A stretch of DNA of 58,813 bases from a virus (Duplodnaviria; Caudoviricetes), in the IMG/VR virus record IMGVR_UViG_3300025543_000021, positions 1-58,813 of that record; one strand, written 5' to 3'. The notes beneath the pieces were generated by a model, which was not told the origin of the DNA, did not search any database, and saw only the letters and a list, made by a program, of their open reading frames with translations. Position 1 is the stretch's first letter. Every line of letters begins with the position of its first letter. Position numbers and translations under genes: made by a program. Below, piece after piece: positions 38,861 through 47,564 of the stretch.

Positions 38861-39040
38861 AGAGATATTGCGTATATTGTCTATTTAGAAAAAAAACTTT
38901 TTTTTATTTTTTTAACTTAGAAGAGCAATAAAGTAATAGAAGTAATAGAGTGAGTGAAAAAAGCTCTATAGACCGAGAGTCGGGGGCCGTGTTGAGTGTT
39001 GAGAGAAAGTAATAGAAAACGTATTAGTTATTGAAACTGA
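38861..39040. repeat. AT-rich element R with TAATAG repeats (candidate origin), inverted copy of 18441-18610
   Basis: AGTAATAGAAGTAATAGAGT at 38932-38951 plus A/T tracts aligning with element L. Confidence 0.7.
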
Positions 39041-39145
39041 AACAGTGAATAGAGTAGAGAGGCCGCGAGCGAAATCTTTTTATTCTTTATTATTTTATTT
39101 ATTTTAGAATATAGTTCTCTCATCGAAACCGCTCGGATCCATTGA

Positions 39146-39730
39146 ATGAAAGACCTACAGTACACTCCGCTAACACCATCAGACGACGGCATGGGCTATA
39201 TCGACTCGGATGGTAAGAGATGGCAACCGCTAAACCCAAAGCAAAAGAAGTTCGCCAGAGAGTATTTAAAAGGCCAAAACGCTACCGAAGCAGCCGTTAA
39301 AGCAGGGTATACGAAGAATCGAGCAGCAGCCAAACGACAAGGCAGCGTCTTACTGAACCACAACCCGTTACTCCGAAACTATCTGATCGACCAGGAAATC
39401 AAGGAGGCAGAGAGGGATAGAGTTTCTATGGAGGGACACCTATCCGCGCTTCATGACTTGAGGGAAGAGGCACGCGAGTCCGGACAGATTAACGCAGCCA
39501 TTACAGCCGAGATCCATCGAGGCAAGGTCGGCGGGTTGTACATCGATCGACGCGAGGTTTTGACCGCTAAGATCGACGGACTATCCAAGGATCAGCTGAT
39601 CGATCGACTCGGAGCTTTGATCACGAAGCGCGTACCGCAAACGATCGAGGGAAGGATTACGAATCGAATCGGATCGACCGACGGATCGACTGATCGAGAA
39701 CCAGTATTAGTTGATCGAGGGATCGACTGA
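39146..39730 (+). CDS. terS: Terminase small subunit
   Basis: LNPKQKKFAREYLKGQNATEAAVKAGY HTH motif and AAITAEIHRGKVGGLY. Confidence 0.88.
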   Translation: MKDLQYTPLTPSDDGMGYIDSDGKRWQPLNPKQKKFAREYLKGQNATEAAVKAGYTKNRAAAKRQGSVLLNHNPLLRNYLIDQEIKEAERDRVSMEGHLSALHDLREEARESGQINAAITAEIHRGKVGGLYIDRREVLTAKIDGLSKDQLIDRLGALITKRVPQTIEGRITNRIGSTDGSTDREPVLVDRGID

Positions 39731-39746
39731 TCGATCGATCGATCGA
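39545..39746. repeat. GATCGA hexamer cluster (14 copies by hand count), candidate pac-site element
   Basis: Copies at 39545, 39571, 39598, 39602, 39643, 39672, 39684, 39692, 39713, 39721, 39729, 39733, 39737 and 39741. Confidence 0.8.
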
Positions 39747-39868
39747 GCCATTGAACCAGCGACGGTGGCCGCACCCACCCACCCACCACGATTCACGGAC
39801 GGCGAGCCAGCGAGGGACGGATTGACGGAGCGGTTGAGCGAAACGGTTGGGATTAGCCGCGACTGATG

Positions 39869-39998
39869 GAAACAGTTAGGATTCGTGCTAACGAATTTGT
39901 TAAGCCGCGCCCCTTAAAGAAACAGTTTGGTTATGTGCTAACCATTTAGTTAAGGCGCGTCATTGCCCAGGGCGAGGTAATCTAACTATTTTGTTAAG
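39869..39998. repeat. Degenerate 41-bp direct repeats with 50-bp period
   Basis: 39869-39909 vs 39919-39959 are 33/41 identical. A third partial CTAAC...GTTAAG lies at 39982-39998. Confidence 0.7.
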
Positions 39999-40055
39999 TG
40001 ACGACAGACTAATTAGCCTAAATAACTAAATAGTGGTTAGAGAATATAGTTTATT

Positions 40056-40090
40056 TAGTGCTTGACCAATTAACCATATAAGCCTATAGT
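40056..40090 (+). promoter_or_regulatory. Strong sigma70-like promoter
   Basis: TAGTGC-TTGACC-17 nt-TATAGT, hairpin at 40100-40118. Confidence 0.8.
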
Positions 40091-40135
40091 TTACTCAATC
40101 CGGCGCATATCGCACCGGCTTATAGGTAAACTATT

Positions 40136-40621
40136 ATGAACACTAAGACAAAAACACAAGCACCAGAGCAAACAGCACGCGAAGCTAAGGAAGCACTAGA
40201 CAAGGCAGGTTCAAGCTTTAAGGAAGAGTTAAGTCCACTACAAAAGCTCAAGCAGAAAGCAACTGCTAAGGTATACGTTACTGGTGGTTCCGCTAACCTA
40301 GTAGGTACTTATACAGTAGCTAATATAGATGACCCACGCTGGTCTAAACTGTTCGATGTTATGACTAAGCAAGCGGGCAAGTTAGCCCAAGGCATGATCT
40401 CACGCTTAGATGATAATGATCAGATTGTTATTGATGAAGCTACCGCAGCTATTATAGCTGAGTCATTGGTTAATAAGTCCACTACTAACACAGTAGTAGA
40501 AACCTACTTACCCATGCTGTTAGGTGGCCCTTGGCCAAAAGCTCGCGGCAATCAAAAGATGCGTGACGTTGTAGGTGAAGGCATAAACTTCTCGTTTGCA
40601 ATGTTCAAACGCGTCAAGTAA
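40136..40621 (+). CDS. Stand-alone hypothetical protein (own promoter and terminator)
   Basis: 161 aa monocistronic unit between repeat blocks. Confidence 0.75.
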   Translation: MNTKTKTQAPEQTAREAKEALDKAGSSFKEELSPLQKLKQKATAKVYVTGGSANLVGTYTVANIDDPRWSKLFDVMTKQAGKLAQGMISRLDDNDQIVIDEATAAIIAESLVNKSTTNTVVETYLPMLLGGPWPKARGNQKMRDVVGEGINFSFAMFKRVK

Positions 40622-40631
40622 CTAACTAACT

Positions 40632-40661
40632 AAGGGGCGGCTAATCACCGCCCCTTTTTTT
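40632..40661 (+). terminator. Rho-independent terminator
   Basis: AAGGGGCGG-CTAATCA-CCGCCCC followed by T7. Confidence 0.85.
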
Positions 40662-40701
40662 ATCTGTTAGCTAACAGTTTAACTAAGGGGCGCTCACCAC
40701 T

Positions 40702-40760
40702 TAACCTAACGGTTAGCCCTGCCGCATAACCTAACGGTTAGCGCAAGGGGGTATACCCCC
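40702..40760. repeat. Two TAACCTAACGGTTAGC repeats and a GGGGGTATACCCCC palindrome
   Basis: Repeats at 40702-40717 and 40727-40742; palindrome at 40747-40760. Confidence 0.75.
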
Positions 40761-40905
40761 CTTTGGCGCGCTGCGCCTCCCCCCCGCCCGCCCACTTGGT
40801 TCCTGCCTCATAGTTTGCGATTTATTTACTACGGATTAATACCATTTCATTTTTTAAAAATTTTTCGCAAAATTTTCGTATGAAAAAATTTTCGGGAGTT
40901 ATATT

Positions 40906-41172
40906 TTGAGTAGTAAGTTTTTAGCATCGATTCGTGTACAGGGTTCGATGGGTGATCGTTTTATTCCGAAAAATCGTTTGCATAGGACGATAACGGAAAG
41001 AAAAATTCCGGACGAAGTTATTCAGGAGGTATTGGGACGTGTTGAGCGAGGTGAGCGTAGAGCTGAAATTTCGTTAGCTACGGGGATAATTCCAGGAAAT
41101 GTATATAATATTTGCCGGAGGTATTATTTAGAGGGTGGAAAGATTGTTCGTAAAGAAGCCTTGTATGAGTAG
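40906..41172 (+). CDS. Small HTH-like protein
   Basis: GERRAEISLATGIIPGNVYNICRRY, GGAG before the TTG start. Confidence 0.55.
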   Translation: MSSKFLASIRVQGSMGDRFIPKNRLHRTITERKIPDEVIQEVLGRVERGERRAEISLATGIIPGNVYNICRRYYLEGGKIVRKEALYE

Positions 41173-41195
41173 ATTTCTGGAGTTAGGATTCGCGG

Positions 41196-41483
41196 ATGGC
41201 AGAAAAAGATTCACGATTAGCTAGGGCGGGTGTTTCGGGGTATAACAAACCGAAGCGTACCCCTAGTCATCCTAAAAAATCGCACGTTGTTGTAGCGAAG
41301 GAAGGGGATAAAATTAAGACGATTCGTTTTGGGCAGCAGGGTGTAAAAACTGCGGGTAAGCCTAAAAAGGGAGAGTCGGCGAAGCAAAAAGCGCGGCGTA
41401 AGAGTTTTAAGGCACGTCATGGAAAGAATATTAAAAAGGGCAAAATGAGTGCAGCTTATTGGGCCGATAAGGTGAAATGGTAA
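41196..41483 (+). CDS. Very basic small virion-region protein
   Basis: KSHVVVAK, IRFGQQG, RKSFKARH and SAAYWADKVKW motifs. Confidence 0.75.
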   Translation: MAEKDSRLARAGVSGYNKPKRTPSHPKKSHVVVAKEGDKIKTIRFGQQGVKTAGKPKKGESAKQKARRKSFKARHGKNIKKGKMSAAYWADKVKW

Positions 41484-42304
41484 TGGAAGATATGCAAGCG
41501 GTTTACGACGAAGAAGTTAACGGCGGCGGTTTCGGATTAATGTCATTAATGCGAGGAACAGGAGATATGGTTCTTGGCGAGGATATAATGAATAATCTTC
41601 CAGAGTTATTAAGGGCGTTTGAGGGTACGAATTTAGGTACTCAGGAAAGTTTAAGAGATATTTCTCGTCCGATGGAAACAGAGGGTTTCACTTTAGAATT
41701 AAGTACTACTCCAGGATTAGAATCAATAGTTGGCCCTGAAATGGGATTAGCGTTAGGCGCATTAGGCGGTGGCGGTAAGGGTAAAACTTTTAAAGAATTA
41801 ATAGAAGAAATAATTGCTGCGGGTAAACGGATGGATAGTAATTCGCCTTCTGATTACACGGGGCTTTCTAGTCGTATGAAGGATTTAGATAAAGGTTTTT
41901 CTGATATTCAGCAGGAAAGACAACGGGGGCTTGGTTCTCTTAAACAGGAATTAGGCGACCAATCAGATCAAGAAGCGTTACTTCGTAGGCAGATTTTTGA
42001 AGAAGATACTATAGCGAGATTAGCTGATGCGGATCGTGCAAAAAGAGTACAAAAAGCAGAAGTAGAGCGGTTACGGGATATAGATCCTGATAGAATGGCT
42101 AGTGGTGGACGTCCAGGATTGTACGCAAATATAAATGCCAAGCGTAAGCGTATAGCGGCGGGGTCTGGTGAGCGTATGAGAAAGAAGGGTGAAAAGGGCG
42201 CACCGACGGCGGCTAATTTTAGGGAGTCTGCGAAAACAGCTAAAAAAGCTAATGGCGGTGGATTAAATTATATGAAGGGTTATTACGGTAAATCATATAA
42301 ATGA
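41477..42304 (+). CDS. Hypothetical protein with C-terminal basic GLYANINAKRKR module
   Basis: 275 aa. The basic module is bracketed by MASGG and KANGG. Confidence 0.7.
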   Translation: MVMEDMQAVYDEEVNGGGFGLMSLMRGTGDMVLGEDIMNNLPELLRAFEGTNLGTQESLRDISRPMETEGFTLELSTTPGLESIVGPEMGLALGALGGGGKGKTFKELIEEIIAAGKRMDSNSPSDYTGLSSRMKDLDKGFSDIQQERQRGLGSLKQELGDQSDQEALLRRQIFEEDTIARLADADRAKRVQKAEVERLRDIDPDRMASGGRPGLYANINAKRKRIAAGSGERMRKKGEKGAPTAANFRESAKTAKKANGGGLNYMKGYYGKSYK

Positions 42305-42732
42305 GTAATGCTGTATTAGATATACAGAAAGCAAAGATTGCAGGGATCCAAGAGCTTGTTACTACGTTAGCAAGGAATAATCCTGATGCGCCTTCGCCAT
42401 ATATTAATACACATCATTTTGCTCCTGGAATTTATATGCGAGCGTATTACGGGGTAAAAGGTTCGGTAGTCGTAAGCCAAGTTCATTTACACGAACATAT
42501 GACGATACTAGCAGCGGGGCATTGTAGAGTAATATCTACGATGCAAGACGAAGAACGGATTGATGTTTATAAAGATTTCGCGATTATGAACACACCCGCG
42601 CATACAAAACGGGCTTTATATTTTTTAGAAGATACAACGATTATTACCGTGCACCCAAACCCAGAAAACATACGAGATGTAAAAGCTATGGAAAATTTAC
42701 TTGTGGTAGACAATTTCGAGGATATTAAGTAA
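42301..42732 (+). CDS. Cupin-fold-like phage protein
   Basis: HHFAPGIYMR, VHLHEH, TKRALYFLEDT and TVHPN motifs. Confidence 0.7.
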   Translation: MSNAVLDIQKAKIAGIQELVTTLARNNPDAPSPYINTHHFAPGIYMRAYYGVKGSVVVSQVHLHEHMTILAAGHCRVISTMQDEERIDVYKDFAIMNTPAHTKRALYFLEDTTIITVHPNPENIRDVKAMENLLVVDNFEDIK

Positions 42733-43640
42733 TGGCTTTCGTCGCAATAGCATCTGTAGTTACAGCGGTAGGCACTACCGCTTACAACGCAAAACAATCC
42801 CGTAAAGCTCAAAAAAGAGCAGAAGAAAATGCTCAGACTCAAGCGTTAATTGAAGGTTCTGCTCCTAGTATTTCTAACGTAGGCGAAGTTGTTGCGGAAG
42901 ATGTTCAAGGTACACAAGCGGTTGGATTAGAAGAAGCGTTAGCCGCGATGGATTATGAAGCACAAGCTGCAGGAGAAGAAGTTCCTATTCCTGGAGAAGC
43001 AGGACAGAATCCGATGGGGGATATTTCTGAAGAAGAGTTAATGTTATTAATGCAATCTCCAGAGTTAATGGGATTAGGAGCGCAAGAAACTCAGTATGCT
43101 GCTTCGGGTGGCGCGGTAGGTACACCGGAGGACGTATATTATTTTGGTGTTCCTCAAATAATGGGGATGATGCAAGACCCGAATCCCCAGATACAGCAGG
43201 TTGGTATGCAATTAGCTGACCAAATGGAAAGTATGCCTGATGCGGGAATGGTTCCAGCAACCGCGAATCAAATACAAACAATGGCTATGGGTGGTGCCGT
43301 TACTGCAAAAAAGTTTGAAGAAGGTGGTGGTACTAGCACTGCTCAATCTATAGGAGAAGGGTTTGTAAGTAACCTTCCAATAATCGCACAAATTAATGCT
43401 TTAAAAGATGTAAAAGAAGCTGAAGGTTTAGAAAAATTAGTAGAAGGGTTAGATATACTCCCTGTTAATCCTGTAAAATTATTGAGAAATATAAAAGCGC
43501 GTAAAGAACTTAGAGCAGAACGTAAAGCAGAAGAACAAGCAGATAGAGAAAGAGAAGAAGCTATAGTTTTTGGTCCTCAGTCGAAAGCTAACGGTGGCCC
43601 AATTACTTCTGAACGCCTTAATCAACTTAGACGCCGTTGA
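42732..43640 (+). CDS. Hypothetical virion protein with four xxGG motifs
   Basis: 302 aa, hydrophobic N-terminus reminiscent of small ejection proteins. Confidence 0.65.
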   Translation: MAFVAIASVVTAVGTTAYNAKQSRKAQKRAEENAQTQALIEGSAPSISNVGEVVAEDVQGTQAVGLEEALAAMDYEAQAAGEEVPIPGEAGQNPMGDISEEELMLLMQSPELMGLGAQETQYAASGGAVGTPEDVYYFGVPQIMGMMQDPNPQIQQVGMQLADQMESMPDAGMVPATANQIQTMAMGGAVTAKKFEEGGGTSTAQSIGEGFVSNLPIIAQINALKDVKEAEGLEKLVEGLDILPVNPVKLLRNIKARKELRAERKAEEQADREREEAIVFGPQSKANGGPITSERLNQLRRR

Positions 43641-45154
43641 GTACACCACTAGAGCAATTACGAAGTGTAGACCTTTCGCATCTTTCTAAAGAAGAAGCGA
43701 AAGAATTTACAATACTTTTAGAAGAATTAGAAAAGCGTGAAAAGCGTGAAGAGTCTATGGCTTCGTTTTACGATTTCGTTAAAGCGATATGGCCTGAATT
43801 TATTGCAGGTGCGCATCATAAAAAGATGGCCGAAGCGTTTGATAAAATAGCTAGTGGTGAATCTAAACGTCTAATAATTAATATGCCCCCGCGACATACG
43901 AAATCCGAATTCGCGTCATATTTATTCCCTGCCTATTTATTAGGTAAGCGTCCTAAATTAAAAATTATTGAAGCAACGCACACCGCTGACCTTGCGATTA
44001 ATTTCGGTCGTAGAGTTCGTGACTTATTAGAAAGCGAAGAATACGCAGAGATATTTCCTGCTACTGAATTAAAGGCCGATTCACGAAGCGCGGGTAAATG
44101 GAGTACTTCTCAGGGCGGTCAGTATTATGCGGCGGGTATTGGTGGTGCACTCGCGGGACGTGGTGCTGATTTATGTATTATTGATGACCCTCATTCTGAG
44201 CAAGATGCGTTTTCTGATAAAGCGTTAGAGGAGGCTTACGAATGGTATCAAACTGGGCCTCGTCAGCGTTTACAGCCAGGAGGTGCGATAGTTATCGTAA
44301 TGACTCGCTGGGGTAAAAAAGACGTAACGGGTAAGTTATTAAAAAAGATGACGGAGCAAAAGGGCGGCGATAAGTGGGAGTTAATTGAATTCCCAGCTAT
44401 ATTACCGTCAGGTAAACCGTTATGGCCTGAATTTTGGCCGTTAGAAGAATTAGAAGCGACTAAAGCGTCGATTCCCCCGTCTAAATGGGCAGCGCAATAT
44501 ATGCAGCGGCCTACAGGTGAGGGTATATCTATCGTTCCGAAAGAGTGGATTAAGCGATGGCCTAACGATGACCCTCCTTCGTGTGATTATTTGATACAAA
44601 GTTACGATACAGCGTTTTTAAAATCAGAAAGAGCTGATTATAGTGCGATAACAACGTGGGGTGTTTTCTATCCGGAGGGTAAAATTAACGATGAGATGTA
44701 CTCTGGTAAGGACGCGCACCTAGTTTTATTAGATTGTGTTAAAGAACGGTTAGATTTCCCTGAATTAAAGCGCGAAGCGATGCGGTTATACGAGTATTGG
44801 GAGCCTGATTCAGTAATTATTGAAACAAAAGCGTCAGGTATACCGTTAACACAAGAGTTAAGGCGGCAAGGTATTCCAATAAATACCTTTTCACCGAGCA
44901 AAGGTCAGGATAAAATCGCTAGATTAAATACAGTAAGTGCGATTTTCCAAGAAGGTCGCGTTTGGGTTCCTGAAACTAATTGGGGACAGGAATTAGTAGA
45001 CGAAATTGCGGATTTTCCTAACGGAGAGAACGATGATTGCGTCGATGCTACGACATTAGCGTTAATGCGCTTTAGAAATGGCGGGTTTTTGCGATTAGAC
45101 GGCGATTATGCCGAAGAAGAAGAGTATTATCCTAAAATAAGGGCATATTACTAA
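43637..45154 (+). CDS. terL: Terminase large subunit
   Basis: MPPRHTKS, GRGAD, IIDDPH, MTRW, QSYDTA, IETKASG, NDDCVDATT. Confidence 0.95.
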   Translation: MSTPLEQLRSVDLSHLSKEEAKEFTILLEELEKREKREESMASFYDFVKAIWPEFIAGAHHKKMAEAFDKIASGESKRLIINMPPRHTKSEFASYLFPAYLLGKRPKLKIIEATHTADLAINFGRRVRDLLESEEYAEIFPATELKADSRSAGKWSTSQGGQYYAAGIGGALAGRGADLCIIDDPHSEQDAFSDKALEEAYEWYQTGPRQRLQPGGAIVIVMTRWGKKDVTGKLLKKMTEQKGGDKWELIEFPAILPSGKPLWPEFWPLEELEATKASIPPSKWAAQYMQRPTGEGISIVPKEWIKRWPNDDPPSCDYLIQSYDTAFLKSERADYSAITTWGVFYPEGKINDEMYSGKDAHLVLLDCVKERLDFPELKREAMRLYEYWEPDSVIIETKASGIPLTQELRRQGIPINTFSPSKGQDKIARLNTVSAIFQEGRVWVPETNWGQELVDEIADFPNGENDDCVDATTLALMRFRNGGFLRLDGDYAEEEEYYPKIRAYY

Positions 45155-45183
45155 TTTACCCTTCCAAAAAATAAGAGTATCGT
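45155..45183 (+). promoter_or_regulatory. Possible promoter upstream of portal (very short leader)
   Basis: TTTACC-17 nt-TATCGT, with the ATG 8 nt downstream. Confidence 0.4.
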
Positions 45184-45191
45184 GGCGAACC

Positions 45192-47564
45192 ATGGCTGAA
45201 ATACAAATTCCAGAAGAATATGAAGGCGAAGAAGAGATAGAAATCCTTTTTGACGAGGAAGATAATCTTGTAGACCCTTCTATGTTAGAAATGGAAGACA
45301 ATATTCCGTTTAATGAAAATTTAGCGGAGTATTTAGACCGTTCTACGTTATCTTCTATTTCTTCAGAGCTATCTAGTAGTTTCGAAAACGATTTAGACTC
45401 TAGAAGCGATTGGTACGAAACTTTTAAAGATGGTTTAGAACTTTTAGGTATTCAAAACGATGCTAGAAGCGAACCTTTTGAAGGGGCCAGTGGAGTTTAC
45501 CACCCTTTGTTAGCAGAAGCTGTTACCCATTTCCAAGCTCAAGCCTATAAAGAGCTGCTTCCTGCTAATGGCCCAGTAGATACGAAAGTTATGGGCGCGT
45601 CTAATGATCCTAAAGCGATGCAAGCTAATCGTGTAAAGGATTTTATGAATTACCAGCTTATGTATAAGATGGAAGAGTACGATCCAGAAATGGATCAAAT
45701 GCTGTTCTATTTACCCTTATCTGGTTCTACATTTAAAAAATGTTATTTCGACCCTGCGATGGGTAGGATTGTTTCCCGATTTATTAGATCAGAAGATTTA
45801 GTAGTCCCGTATAGCGCAACAGATTTACATACGTCTCCTCGTATAACGCATCGTATGTCTATGACTGAAAACGATTTGCGTAAACTACAGTTGAGCGGGT
45901 TTTATTTAGATACTGATATGAACGCTCCGATGTATAACGACGGAGATGATTCGGTTCAATCTAAAATAAATGAGATTGACGGTGTTACCCGAACAGGGGA
46001 ACAAGAAGATTATACGTTACTTGAATGTCATGTTGAATTAGATATTGAAGGTTTTGAGCATACAGATAGTGAAGGTGAACCGACAGGGTTAGCGTTACCG
46101 TATATTGTAACTATTTGTAAAGATACAAACGATGTATTAGCGATTAGACGTAACTATCTTGAAAACGATCCTATGCGTAAAAAGATTGAATACTTTACGC
46201 ATTTTAAATTTCTTCCAGGATTAGGGTTTTATGGATTTGGTTTAATCCATATGATTGGAGGAGTTACTAGATCTTCGACAGCTATTTTACGTCAGTTAAT
46301 TGATGCAGGAACTTTAGCTAATTTACCGGCTGGTTTTAAAGCTCGGGGATTAAATATCCAAAGATCTGATGATCCTGTACAGCCAGGAGAATGGAGAGAC
46401 GTTGATACTCCAGGAGGAACCATACGTGATTCCTTTATGCCGTTGCCCTATAAAGAACCAAGCCCTACTTTAGCAAATTTGTTAGGATTACTTGTTGAAT
46501 CTGGTCAGCGTTTTGCTTCCGTTATGGAACAAAATACTGGAGACGGTAATAGCGAAGCTCCTGTAGGAACTACTGTCGCTCTTTTAGAAAAGGGCCAGAA
46601 AGTTATTTCATCTATTCATAAACGTATGCACTATGCACAACGTAGTGAATTTAAAATATTAAAGAGATTGTTCGGTGAGTATTTACCCCCTGAATATCCT
46701 TACCAAGTACAAGGTGCACAGCAAACAGTATTTGCGGAAGACTTTAACAATAGTGTTGACGTTATCCCTGTATGTGACCCTAATATCTTTAGTACGACTC
46801 AACGTATTATTTTAGCGCAAACCCAGTTGCAAATGGCACAAAGCGCACCGCAGTTACACAATATGAAAGAAGCCTTTCGTAAAATGTATATTGCGTTAAA
46901 TATTAAAGATATTGACGATATTCTAATTCCAGATATTCCTCCTGCTCCTAAAGATCCTATTCAGGAAAATATGGATGCAGTTATGTCAATGCCGTTAAAA
47001 GCGTTTATACAACAAAACCACGATGCGCATATCCAAGCGCACGTTGCGTTTATGCAAAATCCTCAAAACCAGCAAAACCCTCAAGTTATGGGCGGGTTAC
47101 AAGCACATATACAAGAGCACCAAGCTCTTAAATATCGTATGCAAGTAGAAGAAATGCTGGGTCAACAAGGTATGCAATTACCACAGCCTGGACCAGACGG
47201 TCAAATGCCTCAGTTACCGCCAGAAATGGAAAGTCAGATTGCTATGGCAGCTGCGCAGGTAACTCAGGAAATTACTGGTCAAGCACAGGCATTAGCTCAA
47301 GCTCAAGCGGCACAACAACGAGATCCTGCACGCGAAATGTTTGATGCACAAATGGATCTAGAACTTGAGAAACTCAAGCAACGTGATAGAGATTCTGAGC
47401 GTAAAGCACAGCTTGAAAGAGAACGTCTTGAATCTCAAGAACAGCAAACAGATATACGAGTAGCCTCTGAGCTACAACAAGCCGAAATGCGTGACGATCG
47501 TGAAGTAGATTCTAATTTAACAGATATTGCGAAGATAGTTCGCGAATCAAGGGAACAAGACTAA
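45192..47564 (+). CDS. Portal protein (P22-like, long Gln-rich barrel)
   Basis: 790 aa after terL, with HPLLAEAV, FLPGLGFYGFGLIH and LRQLIDAGTLANLPAGFK motifs and a Q-rich coiled-coil C-terminus. Confidence 0.88.
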   Translation: MAEIQIPEEYEGEEEIEILFDEEDNLVDPSMLEMEDNIPFNENLAEYLDRSTLSSISSELSSSFENDLDSRSDWYETFKDGLELLGIQNDARSEPFEGASGVYHPLLAEAVTHFQAQAYKELLPANGPVDTKVMGASNDPKAMQANRVKDFMNYQLMYKMEEYDPEMDQMLFYLPLSGSTFKKCYFDPAMGRIVSRFIRSEDLVVPYSATDLHTSPRITHRMSMTENDLRKLQLSGFYLDTDMNAPMYNDGDDSVQSKINEIDGVTRTGEQEDYTLLECHVELDIEGFEHTDSEGEPTGLALPYIVTICKDTNDVLAIRRNYLENDPMRKKIEYFTHFKFLPGLGFYGFGLIHMIGGVTRSSTAILRQLIDAGTLANLPAGFKARGLNIQRSDDPVQPGEWRDVDTPGGTIRDSFMPLPYKEPSPTLANLLGLLVESGQRFASVMEQNTGDGNSEAPVGTTVALLEKGQKVISSIHKRMHYAQRSEFKILKRLFGEYLPPEYPYQVQGAQQTVFAEDFNNSVDVIPVCDPNIFSTTQRIILAQTQLQMAQSAPQLHNMKEAFRKMYIALNIKDIDDILIPDIPPAPKDPIQENMDAVMSMPLKAFIQQNHDAHIQAHVAFMQNPQNQQNPQVMGGLQAHIQEHQALKYRMQVEEMLGQQGMQLPQPGPDGQMPQLPPEMESQIAMAAAQVTQEITGQAQALAQAQAAQQRDPAREMFDAQMDLELEKLKQRDRDSERKAQLERERLESQEQQTDIRVASELQQAEMRDDREVDSNLTDIAKIVRESREQD

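Noticed and set aside
39545-39746. Cyanobacterial HIP1 signature implying a cyanobacterial host
   Set aside because: The motif is GATCGA, not GCGATCGC, it is locally clustered, and no cyanophage auxiliary genes are present.
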